DNA of 41,794 nt from Gammaproteobacteria bacterium (GTDB taxonomy: Bacteria > Pseudomonadota > Gammaproteobacteria > Methylococcales > UBA2780): positions 1 to 41,794 of the forward strand of contig QNFJ01000001.1 of the NCBI GenBank assembly GCA_003646305.1, in the 5' to 3' direction. Of the stretch, positions 34,933 to 41,794 are shown one piece after another; positions within the stretch are counted from its first letter, which is position 1, and every line of letters begins with the position of its first letter. The translations under genes and the position numbers were made by a program. The notes below the pieces were generated by a model. The model did not search any database, had not been told where the DNA came from, and was given only the letters and a program-made list of their open reading frames with translations.

Positions 34933-35331
34933 TTAAGCCTCTTTTGCTGGTGTGAAAACCACAAACGGCTCATCACTATCATTATTAATTTGTGCACAAA
35001 CTTGTGCGCCAATTTTGACCGCTTCAGCCTCAATTCCTTCCACACGGCTCATTAGTCGAGGGCCCTCTTCGAGCGTAACTAGGCAAACATTGTAATTGCC
35101 ACCACGCTCAGGTTTGCGACGAATCGTTGTGGTTGAGTAGACCTCACCTTTCCCCGAAAGTGGTTGCCATTCAAGTTCAAAGCTACCGCAATGAGGGCAG
35201 ACGATGCGCGGGAAAAAATGGAATTCACCGCACTTTTTGCATTTTGGTAATGCAAAAACTTCTTTTTTTAAATAGTCGGCATAAACCTTATCTGGGCCGG
35301 GCCCGACAGGAGAGGTGCTTATTTCACTCAT
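34933..35331 (-). CDS. DUF35 OB-fold / zinc-ribbon protein (thiolase-fold partner)
   Basis: 132 aa with a C-x2-C-x10-C-x2-C ribbon (CKKCGEFHFFPRIVCPHC). It lies 4 nt upstream of the thiolase-fold gene. Confidence 0.85.
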   Translation of the reverse strand: MSEISTSPVGPGPDKVYADYLKKEVFALPKCKKCGEFHFFPRIVCPHCGSFELEWQPLSGKGEVYSTTTIRRKPERGGNYNVCLVTLEEGPRLMSRVEGIEAEAVKIGAQVCAQINNDSDEPFVVFTPAKEA

Positions 35332-35387
35332 AGTAACTAATGCTCCTAAAAATTAAGTAGATTAATACGAATCCTGCAATAGGCTAA

Positions 35388-35397
35388 CAAACGTTTG
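35388..35397. promoter_or_regulatory. Perfect palindrome CAAACGTTTG within CTAACAAACGTTTG; candidate operator in divergent promoter region
   Basis: Read directly. It overlaps the candidate -35 box of the OYE promoter. It shares CTAACAAAyGTT with 1399-1410. Confidence 0.35.
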
Positions 35398-35423
35398 ACT
35401 CTCATTCAAATAGCCGTTATGTT
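35395..35423 (+). promoter_or_regulatory. Candidate sigma70 promoter TTGACT-N17-TATGTT for the OYE gene
   Basis: The hexamers and the 17-nt spacer were read directly. It lies about 48 nt upstream of the GTG at 35471. Confidence 0.4.
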
Positions 35424-35470
35424 TTTTACTTGAAAACAGTCTAATTCAATTTGAATGTTGAGGGTGCAGA

Positions 35471-36613
35471 GTGCAAATAAGCAAACCACTACTTTTCTCT
35501 TCATGGGAGATCGCTAAATTAAAGCTATCCAATCGGATCATGATTTCGCCAATGTGTATTTATCAGGCGGAAGCGGATGGGCTAGTATCGGATAAGCATC
35601 TGGTTCACTATGGGCAATACGCTTTGGGAGGCGCAGGACTAATCATAACGGAGGCAATTGCTGTAGAAGAAAGAGGAAGGATTAGTGGCTGGGATCTTGG
35701 GTTATGGGCTGATGAGCAAATCAAACCGCTCCGCAAGATAGTCACTTTCGCGCAGGAACAGGGTTCTAAAATTGGTATACAACTTGGCCATTCCGGGCTT
35801 AAAGGCTCGACGAGGCCGCCCTGGGAAGGGAATGGTTTTCTTGATGAAAGCGATGCGGAAAGAAATGCCAAACCATGGAAAACCGTAGGGCCGTGCGAAA
35901 ATTTATTGCCCCCAGATTGGCCTGCACCTAAAGTATTAACGACTCAGGAAATTGCAGAAGTGGTCGATGCGTGGGGTGATGCGGCGGCGCGAGCTGATGC
36001 TGCCGGATTCGACGTGCTGGAAATACATGGTGCGCACGGATATTTGATAAGCGAGTTTTTATCACCGCTGAGTAACACGCGTAAAGATGGCTATGGAGGC
36101 GAAGAGGGAAGAACACGATTGGCATGTGAAGTGGTTGAGTCGGTTCGGGCGAACTGGCCTGATGATAAACCGCTATTTTTCCGAATATCAGTGATTGATG
36201 GTGTTGATGTAGGTTGGTCGATTGATGATTCCATCAGCTTTTCAAAACAGCTTAAAAGAATGGGAGTTGATTTGATTGATTGCTCCAGCGGTGGCTTTAA
36301 AGTTGAGCGAGACAGAGCTATACCAAGGAAATTAGGCTTTCAAGTCTATCTGTCTGAAGCTGTTAAAGCTGGTGCAAATATCCCCACAGCGTCAGTTGGG
36401 TTGATCACTGAGCCTGACCAGGCGGAGACTATTTTGCAGAGTGGGCAGGCCGACTTGATTGCGATCGGCAGAACCGCGTTGAATAATCCTTACTGGCCAC
36501 GGCATGCGGCTCAGTATTTTAGTGTTGATGATAAGTTTGAGAATTGGCCGACTCAATATGGCTGGTGGCTTGAGCGCTGGGCCAAGACGTTGAATCGATG
36601 TGAAGACAGGTGA
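35471..36613 (+). CDS. NADH:flavin oxidoreductase, Old Yellow Enzyme family (YqjM/NamA-like)
   Basis: 380 aa with a GTG start. It has ISPMCIYQA, IGIQLGHSG, FDVLEIHGAHGYLISEFLSPLSNTRKDGYGG and DLIAIGRTALNNPYWP. Confidence 0.9.
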   Translation: MQISKPLLFSSWEIAKLKLSNRIMISPMCIYQAEADGLVSDKHLVHYGQYALGGAGLIITEAIAVEERGRISGWDLGLWADEQIKPLRKIVTFAQEQGSKIGIQLGHSGLKGSTRPPWEGNGFLDESDAERNAKPWKTVGPCENLLPPDWPAPKVLTTQEIAEVVDAWGDAAARADAAGFDVLEIHGAHGYLISEFLSPLSNTRKDGYGGEEGRTRLACEVVESVRANWPDDKPLFFRISVIDGVDVGWSIDDSISFSKQLKRMGVDLIDCSSGGFKVERDRAIPRKLGFQVYLSEAVKAGANIPTASVGLITEPDQAETILQSGQADLIAIGRTALNNPYWPRHAAQYFSVDDKFENWPTQYGWWLERWAKTLNRCEDR

Positions 36614-36650
36614 AATCGCCCGGTAAATTTTAGATTTTTGGGGAAATAAA

Positions 36651-37112
36651 ATGGAGCAAGAATGTATTCAGGAAAAAATGCGACCAAACTGTTGTTTTGG
36701 GTGTGGACTCGATAATCCCCATGGGTTGCAAATTAATAGCTACTGGAACGGTGATGAGGTTGTTTGTATCTGGAGTCCTAAGGATTACATGACAGGTCCC
36801 CCTGATTATCTATATGGTGGCACCTCTGCTAGTTTAATCGATTGCCATTCCGTCAATGCCGCGATTGCTTATGCTAATAGAATGGAGGGGAATGAGGATA
36901 AATACGATCAAAATATCCGCATGGTCACGGGGACAATGACCGTAAAATATTTAAAACCGGTTCCCATGAAGCCAGTCAAATTAACAGCAACGATTGAAAA
37001 AGTGGAAGGCCGAAAATATACCGTTAAAAGCACACTGCAAAGCGACAATGTGGTTTGTGTAGAGGGTAAGGTGGTTGCTATTCTTTTGAAGGTTGAAAAA
37101 GGTGAGTTGTAA
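36651..37112 (+). CDS. PaaI/4HBT-type hotdog-fold thioesterase
   Basis: 153 aa. The N-terminal CFGCGLDNPHGLQI is typical of this thioesterase group, and the size fits a hotdog fold. Confidence 0.72.
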   Translation: MEQECIQEKMRPNCCFGCGLDNPHGLQINSYWNGDEVVCIWSPKDYMTGPPDYLYGGTSASLIDCHSVNAAIAYANRMEGNEDKYDQNIRMVTGTMTVKYLKPVPMKPVKLTATIEKVEGRKYTVKSTLQSDNVVCVEGKVVAILLKVEKGEL

Positions 37113-37204
37113 TCCAGTAGCTTGGCCTTGAATGGTAATATTGGTATCTCAGTATAAATATAAAAAGCCATAATTAAGGCTAAAACGGGCAGTGGAGGTA
37201 TTGT

Positions 37205-39130
37205 ATGTTGGGGACTGTTTATCGGAATAAAGATTATCAGGGCCGGATTGAGAGAGCCCGAGAGCAATTTCATTGTGGTTTTGAAGTAAACGAAGAAATG
37301 CTTTCCCCGCTTGTGCTCGAGTCATGGCAGCGATCCAGGCAATTTAACGTCAGTAGTAATTTGAGTCGAGCTCCCGAAATTGAGGGAAATGGCTTGACTA
37401 ATACGGAACAGGATTCGTACTTGGCGCTACGAAAAGCCGCACTACCCGTTATCAAGGATGCACGAAGGATTCTTGATGATAATCAGCTGCTTATGCTGCT
37501 AACTTCTGCTGAGGGGAAGATTATTGAGCGTGAGGGGAATCTGCGGTCGTTAAAAATAGCTGATTCACAGCAACTCATTATCGGTAGCAGCTGGACGGAA
37601 AGCAGTTGTGGTACAAATGCAGTGGGAATGGCTATTTCCCTGCAGCAGCCAGCACAGATTGTTGCCCATGAGCATTATTGTGAAATGGTGAAAGTCTGGG
37701 GTTGTGCGGCTGTACCGATCAAAGACTTGAGAGATGGACGTATGCTGGGCGTACTGGATACGACCGGTCCTGCGCATTCATTCGGCTCGATGAACCTTGG
37801 CTGGGTCAACTCAATGGCCTCATGCATTGCATTTCGATTGAATGAAGAGCGCAATTTATCAAAATATCGCTTGCTTGAGCACTGTATGGGGCAAGCTCGC
37901 AGGCTCTCCCAAGCTAACGTACAACTTTTTGATGAAGACGGTTTCCTGGTCTGGATGAGTGATTGGTTATTAACTAAGCAGTGTGACGTGACTCTTCTAG
38001 GGCATAATCAGATTGGCATGAGGTGGGATGAGATGGCTGTGAGTAGGCAACCACTAAAGAATCCCCCGCGAGATATTCAGGCAGATTGCTTGGAGCCCGT
38101 GGTCATTGGAGGCAGAATAGCTGGCCATTTGTTATTTATTCCGGTAAAAGTTGAAAAAAAAGTTACGAAAATAGCTGTAATAGAGGCTAGACAAAGCAGC
38201 TTGATTATTGGGGAAAGCGCTGTAACGGAGGGATTAAAAAATCTTGCGAAACGCTTTGCCTGTGTAGATGCGATTTGCACGCTTACCGGTGAAACAGGTA
38301 CGGGCAAAGAGGTTATGGCCAGAGAAATGCACGCTCTGGGAAATAGAGAGGGTGCATTTATTGCGGTGAACTGTGGCGCGATGCAAAAAGAGCTGCTTGC
38401 GAGTGAGTTGTTTGGTTATGCGGAAGGTAGTTTTACCGGTGCCAAGCGAGGTGGAATGATTGGGAAGTTTGAGGCGGCTAACGGGGGGACTCTGCTGCTT
38501 GATGAGTTTTGCGAACTCCCTCTTGAATTACAGGTTTATCTGCTTAGAGTTCTTGAAGAGCATGAAGTCGTTCGGATTGGGGAATCAAAGCCTCGTAAGA
38601 TTAATGTACGAATTATCGTCGCAACCAATAAAAACCTTGAAGAAGAGGTTGAAGCTAAGCGCCTGAGGGAAGATTTGTACTACAGAATCAATGCAAATAT
38701 GATTGAGCTGCCCCCGTTACGGGAGCACAAAGAAGATATTATGGTTTTGTTCGATCATTTCCTAGGTCGAGTTTCAAGTGAGAGTTGTGGGATAGCACCT
38801 CAATTAACCCCCTCTTTTATAAAAGCGTTGAAAGCGCACAGTTGGCCGGGCAACATAAGAGAACTCCGCAATTTTGCCGAAAATTGTTTTCTGATGAATC
38901 CAGGTGAGACGTTAACGGTAGAGCATCTTCCCAATAGAATGCTGGCATCCGTTTCTCGTAGCTCCGGTCAAGAGGAAAGTGCGTGTGGTTGTACGCTTAA
39001 AGAAGTTGAGCGGCAGGCGCTTGTGGAAGCATTGAGTCTTTTTGATGGGAATATTTCGAAGGCTGCACGGCACCTTGGTATTGCGAGAAGTACGTTCTAT
39101 AAGAAAATGGATGCATTAGAAAAGGATTGA
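37205..39130 (+). CDS. sigma54-dependent transcriptional activator, AcoR/AcxR-like
   Basis: 641 aa. The N-terminal sensory region has the AcoR-type LESWQRSRQF motif. The AAA+ domain has Walker A GETGTGKE, GSFTGA (GAFTGA motif) and LLLDEF. The C-terminal Fis-type HTH is NISKAARHLGIARSTFYKKM. Confidence 0.92.
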   Translation: MLGTVYRNKDYQGRIERAREQFHCGFEVNEEMLSPLVLESWQRSRQFNVSSNLSRAPEIEGNGLTNTEQDSYLALRKAALPVIKDARRILDDNQLLMLLTSAEGKIIEREGNLRSLKIADSQQLIIGSSWTESSCGTNAVGMAISLQQPAQIVAHEHYCEMVKVWGCAAVPIKDLRDGRMLGVLDTTGPAHSFGSMNLGWVNSMASCIAFRLNEERNLSKYRLLEHCMGQARRLSQANVQLFDEDGFLVWMSDWLLTKQCDVTLLGHNQIGMRWDEMAVSRQPLKNPPRDIQADCLEPVVIGGRIAGHLLFIPVKVEKKVTKIAVIEARQSSLIIGESAVTEGLKNLAKRFACVDAICTLTGETGTGKEVMAREMHALGNREGAFIAVNCGAMQKELLASELFGYAEGSFTGAKRGGMIGKFEAANGGTLLLDEFCELPLELQVYLLRVLEEHEVVRIGESKPRKINVRIIVATNKNLEEEVEAKRLREDLYYRINANMIELPPLREHKEDIMVLFDHFLGRVSSESCGIAPQLTPSFIKALKAHSWPGNIRELRNFAENCFLMNPGETLTVEHLPNRMLASVSRSSGQEESACGCTLKEVERQALVEALSLFDGNISKAARHLGIARSTFYKKMDALEKD

Positions 39131-39234
39131 TTTCTTTATTCTTCTCATTGCTATTTGTGTTTGCACTTGAATACCATCGAGCACTTTTTCATCATTTCAT
39201 TCTTCCTAATTTCAATTAAGCTGTTGGTGCTTAA

Positions 39235-39260
39235 CCGAGATACTTAAATCTTTATCTCGG
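39235..39260 (+). terminator. Weak hairpin CCGAGATA-N10-TATCTCGG downstream of the regulator gene
   Basis: It has an 8-bp stem and a 10-nt loop, followed by CTGTCTCATTTT. It is AT-rich and the T-tract is poor. Confidence 0.3.
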
Positions 39261-39273
39261 CTGTCTCATTTTC

Positions 39274-39324
39274 GGACATTTTGTGATGTGATTATCCAAT
39301 ATCAGGACATTATGAGGTGATGTG
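39274..39324 (+). promoter_or_regulatory. Two direct repeats GGACATT(T/A)TG..GTGATGTG; candidate enhancer (UAS) for the sigma54 activator
   Basis: GGACATTTTGTGATGTG (39274-39290) and GGACATTATGAGGTGATGTG (39305-39324) lie about 60-110 bp upstream of the -24/-12 element. Confidence 0.35.
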
Positions 39325-39383
39325 GGTAAAGTTATTTTCTAAATGACCACTGATAAATAAGCGCTCTTCCTGCAACTGTGTTC

Positions 39384-39399
39384 TGGCATAAAGAATGCA
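39384..39399 (+). promoter_or_regulatory. sigma54 (-24/-12) promoter TGGCATaaagaaTGCA
   Basis: The GG and GC dinucleotides have canonical 12-nt register against TGGCACG-N4-TTGCW. It is about 60 nt upstream of the ATG at 39460 and immediately downstream of a sigma54 activator gene. Confidence 0.6.
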
Positions 39400-39459
39400 A
39401 TCGGTTACTTAGGTGCATACCTGTTTGTACCAAACATAAACCTGTAGGAGGGCGATCAA

Positions 39460-39730
39460 ATGGTAGCAGCAACAAAAGAGGTGCAGGGAAATAAGCCTGT
39501 TGAGGTTGAAAAAACGGTAGCCTATAAAATCAGTCAGCGAGATGAGTTAACCGAAAAAACGGGACACTACTGGGGAATTAAAGAATTCACGCTTAAAGAC
39601 AGTATCTGACCCAGTGAAGTTTGAGCGTTTTTATTCACGCCTGCAATCAGCCTGTATGGCGGCCAGAGAGATTTCTCGATTTGTTGCAGCTAGTCTGGGT
39701 GGTCGAGAAATGGGTGAGGCTGTGTGGGGG
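39460..39730 (+). pseudogene. 5' remnant of a second hydantoinase-B/acetone-carboxylase-alpha-like gene (frameshifted, then truncated)
   Basis: A good RBS (GGAGGG) precedes the ATG at 39460. MVAATKEVQGNKPVEVEKTVAYKISQRDELTEKTGHYWGIKEFTLKDSI ends in a stop at 39607-39609. The +1 frame continues DPVKFERFYSRLQSACMAAREISRFVAASLGGREMGEAVWG. Both parts parallel residues of the intact gene at 40653 (LEYKLQQRDELYKKTGHYWGVKELKLKEQDPIKYERFFSRIQSAVFAAREKARFVAASPGGREMGESLW). Homology stops at about 39730. Confidence 0.7.
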
Positions 39731-39732
39731 TT

Positions 39733-40579
39733 GGCAAGAAAGTACATGAAGCTGGGGGGAAGATTGCACCTCAGATCTGGCATACAGGGATGATGAGAGA
39801 GAAAGGAATGGAGCCTGATCCAGAAGAGATTGCTGTTGGGCCAAGCGATATATATAAGGATGTAGAGCTGGTGGCGCGTGGTCTTGGCCTGGATGAAATT
39901 GCAGAGATCGTGCTTGCTTATGCGCAAGCAGCGAAAGATGCAAAATCACTCGGTTTTGATGCGGTAGAAATCCACGGTGCACATCAATATTTAATCGATC
40001 AGTTTTTCTGGGAAGAAACCAATAAACGAACAGATGAATATGGGGGGGTAATAGAAAACCGTATTCGCTTTGGGAAAGAGGTTGTTGCTGCAGTACGGGC
40101 GGTAGTTGGCCCAGAATTTCCTGTTATTTTTCGTTTTTCGCAATGGAAACTACTGGATTACACAGCAAAAATTGCCAACTCTCCTGAGGAGTTAGGGAAA
40201 ATCCTTATTCCTTTGAGTGAAGCAAGGTGTGGACATTTTTCACGCCAGTACAAGGCGTTTTTGGGAGCCAGAATTTGAAGGATCTGATTTAAATTTGGCT
40301 GGTTGGGCGAAAAAACTGACCGGTAAACCTTCCATTACGCTAGGAAGCGTTGGGCTGGATAAGGAATTTAAGCTTGACCACTTTATAGGGACAGAAAATC
40401 CTGATGCAGGCACGACTGATATCAATGAACTGTGTAGCCGATTAAACAAAGGTGAATTTGATTTGGTGGCGCTTGGCCGGGCGATAATGGGCGATCACCA
40501 GTGGGTTAACAAAGTTAAGGCAGGCGATTTTGCGAGCATCAAACCCTTTGATAAGCACGCAATGGATACCCTCACTTGA
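39733..40579 (+). pseudogene. Old Yellow Enzyme-family flavin oxidoreductase remnant: roughly 80 N-terminal codons missing (estimated against the intact OYE at 35471) and one frameshift (about nt 40225)
   Basis: Track ORFs 39724..40278 and 40217..40579 together read KKVHEAGGKIAPQIWHTG...FDAVEIHGAHQYLIDQFFWEETNKRTDEYGG...LSEA/GVDIFHASTRRFWEPEF...DLVALGRAIMGDHQWVNK. There is no N-terminal FMN-binding segment. Removing the single extra A in GCAAGG restores the frame. Confidence 0.75.
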
Positions 40580-40652
40580 TGCCCTTTTTGTTAAAGAAAT
40601 GGTAAAACGGTAAGATCGAGAGAAAGTAATACTGACTTCCTGAGGAGGAAAA

Positions 40653-41794
40653 ATGACATCTGTAATGAAAGAAGGGCTGGGACTTCCAGTTGAAAAGACG
40701 TTGGAATACAAGCTGCAGCAACGTGACGAGTTGTATAAAAAAACAGGGCACTACTGGGGAGTAAAAGAGCTTAAGTTAAAAGAGCAGGATCCAATTAAAT
40801 ATGAACGCTTTTTTTCACGAATTCAGTCCGCCGTTTTTGCTGCGCGTGAAAAAGCTCGGTTTGTTGCGGCAAGTCCGGGTGGACGAGAAATGGGTGAATC
40901 ACTCTGGGCACTAACAACTGCTGAAGGGGACACGATCGCCATGTCGTTGGGCTTTATTTCTCATTGTGCCTCTTTTCCTGTCTCGATCAAACACATGATT
41001 GATAACCAGTTTGAAACTAATCCGGGCATTAACGACGGTGATGTATTTAGTGCTGATGATCCGCTGACATCCGGTGCGCCACATCCGGGAGATACATACA
41101 CGCTGGTTCCTATTTCTGTGGGTGGAGAAGTTATTGCGTGGTCATGTTCGGTTAATCATATCATGGACGCAGGCGCCCCTCAGGCGGGCAGCTGGCCAGT
41201 TTTTACGGTTGATACATTTATGGATGGGTTTGTCTTTCCGCCAATGAAAACAGGCGAAAACTTACGGGCGGCAAAATGGTGGGACAACCTGTGGATGAGG
41301 CGTACCCGTGCGGGAGCGATGAATGTTCTAGATGACAGAATGAGGCTTGCGGGCTGTTCAATGATTCATGGTTCTATACATGAAATTATTGAGGAATTCG
41401 GGGTCGAATACTACCAACAGGCATGCAAGGAGATTATTGAAGAGAGTCGACGGATGATCCTAAATAACATGCGTTCTACGTTGGTCCCTGGGCGATATGA
41501 TGGAAGCTGTTTCAGAATCTCCATGCTAAAAGGGCAGCAAAAAATTTGGGAGCATGCGGATAAAAATGAGCTGATTCACGTGCGTGGTGTATTCAGTGTT
41601 GATGAAGAGGGCCGAGTTGTATGGGATACAGAAGGCTCTTCACGGTGGGGCTATCATGGTTTTAATGGTTACCCTGGTGGTTCTGATGTGGCACTGTATC
41701 TTTGTATGACCACGACATTCGCCCATAGCTGTAAAGCTAGTGCTGGCGTCAATATGAACGTTGAGAGCATCTACCATGAAGGGAGCATTTATAA
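40653..41794 (+). CDS. hydantoinase B/oxoprolinase family protein, acetone/acetophenone-carboxylase alpha-subunit-like (5' part; continues past window end)
   Basis: Absent from the ORF track because no stop lies in the window. GAGGAGG is 5 nt upstream of the ATG at 40653. It reads MTSVMKEGLGLPVEKTLEYKLQQRDELYKKTGHYWGVKELKLKEQDPIKYERFFSRIQ...NPGINDGDVFSADDPLTSGAPHPGDTYTLVPI...HIMDAGAPQAGSWP... and stays open to 41794. Confidence 0.88.
   Translation, partial: MTSVMKEGLGLPVEKTLEYKLQQRDELYKKTGHYWGVKELKLKEQDPIKYERFFSRIQSAVFAAREKARFVAASPGGREMGESLWALTTAEGDTIAMSLGFISHCASFPVSIKHMIDNQFETNPGINDGDVFSADDPLTSGAPHPGDTYTLVPISVGGEVIAWSCSVNHIMDAGAPQAGSWPVFTVDTFMDGFVFPPMKTGENLRAAKWWDNLWMRRTRAGAMNVLDDRMRLAGCSMIHGSIHEIIEEFGVEYYQQACKEIIEESRRMILNNMRSTLVPGRYDGSCFRISMLKGQQKIWEHADKNELIHVRGVFSVDEEGRVVWDTEGSSRWGYHGFNGYPGGSDVALYLCMTTTFAHSCKASAGVNMNVESIYHEGSIY

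Noticed and set aside
34929-35045. N-terminal extension of the thiolase-fold ORF (the track gives 33777..35045, 422 aa)
   Set aside because: The extension (MWKELRLKRSKLAHKF...) overlaps the 3' end of the DUF35 gene in another frame and has no family similarity. The internal ATG at 34928 gives the conserved MSHELRGSSAIVGVGLAG start with an AAGAGG RBS.
39460-39609. The 49-codon ORF after the sigma54 promoter as a genuine small protein gene
   Set aside because: Its sequence simply parallels the N-terminus of the downstream hydantoinase-B-like protein, and homology continues in the +1 frame after the stop. It is better explained as a frameshifted gene remnant. Translation as a leader peptide is not excluded.
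39631-39982. 98- and 111-aa minus-strand ORFs across the pseudogene junction
   Set aside because: They are antisense to sequence with clear plus-strand homology (hydantoinase-B remnant and OYE remnant). Their composition is Pro/Ser/Leu-rich with no RBS.
40600-40614. Second sigma54 promoter (TGGTAAAACGGTAAG) directly upstream of the intact hydantoinase-B-like gene
   Set aside because: GG is present, but there is no GC at the -12 register, so it is not a credible -24/-12 element.
1-41794. Mobile elements, CRISPR arrays, tRNA/rRNA genes, defence systems
   Set aside because: I found no transposase/integrase-like ORF, no spaced direct-repeat array, and no tRNA-like or rRNA-like sequence while reading the intergenic regions. 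The only notable repeat is the 23-bp inverted repeat at 25214-25274.

Overview
This window is a dense catabolic island of about 40 genes, probably from a moderately AT-rich proteobacterium (taxon not verifiable here). Nearly every gene encodes acyl-CoA chemistry. I saw no rRNA, tRNA, CRISPR array, transposase or integrase.

Layout:
- 1..1325 (-): 3'-truncated MmgE/PrpD-family gene.
- 1486..15855 (+): tightly coupled 14-gene operon with several TAATG/ATGA/GTGA stop-start overlaps. It encodes an acyl-CoA dehydrogenase (ACAD), an atypical crotonase, a BadI/MenB-like hydrolase, a gamma-carbonic-anhydrase/PaaY-like protein, an ACAD pair, an MBL hydrolase, a split MaoC hydratase pair, a PaaK-like ligase, biotin-dependent acyl-CoA carboxylase beta and alpha subunits (MCC/geranyl-CoA carboxylase type), and a thiolase-fold protein with a DUF35 partner.
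- 15962..24066 (+): RND adaptor plus pump, then a nitronate-monooxygenase-family flavoenzyme, a crotonase, a MaoC-like protein and an acyl-CoA synthetase.
- 24297..25157 (+): AT-rich orphan periplasmic binding protein, followed by a perfect 23-bp inverted repeat.
- 35331..25317 (-): 11-gene operon encoding DUF35, a thiolase-fold protein, two family III CoA-transferases, a flavodoxin-like protein, a TfoX_N protein, three ACADs, MaoC, and an in-frame chimeric ORF.
- 35471..41794 (+): Old Yellow Enzyme, a PaaI-type thioesterase, an AcoR/AcxR-like sigma54 activator, a -24/-12 promoter, two pseudogene remnants, and the 5' part of a hydantoinase-B/acetone-carboxylase-alpha-like gene.

Main hunt results:
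- Both thiolase-fold proteins appear to lack the nucleophilic Cys, so they look like Ltp2-type aldolases.
- The plus operon contains an igr-like module (ACAD pair, split MaoC, aldolase, DUF35) wrapped around a biotin carboxylase.
- I recognise no 3-hydroxyacyl-CoA dehydrogenase or canonical thiolase anywhere in the window.
- There are two deletion or fusion scars.
- The sigma54 promoter is separated from its intact target gene by about 1.2 kb of gene debris.

All functional calls rest on by-eye motif recognition and need HMM/BLAST confirmation.
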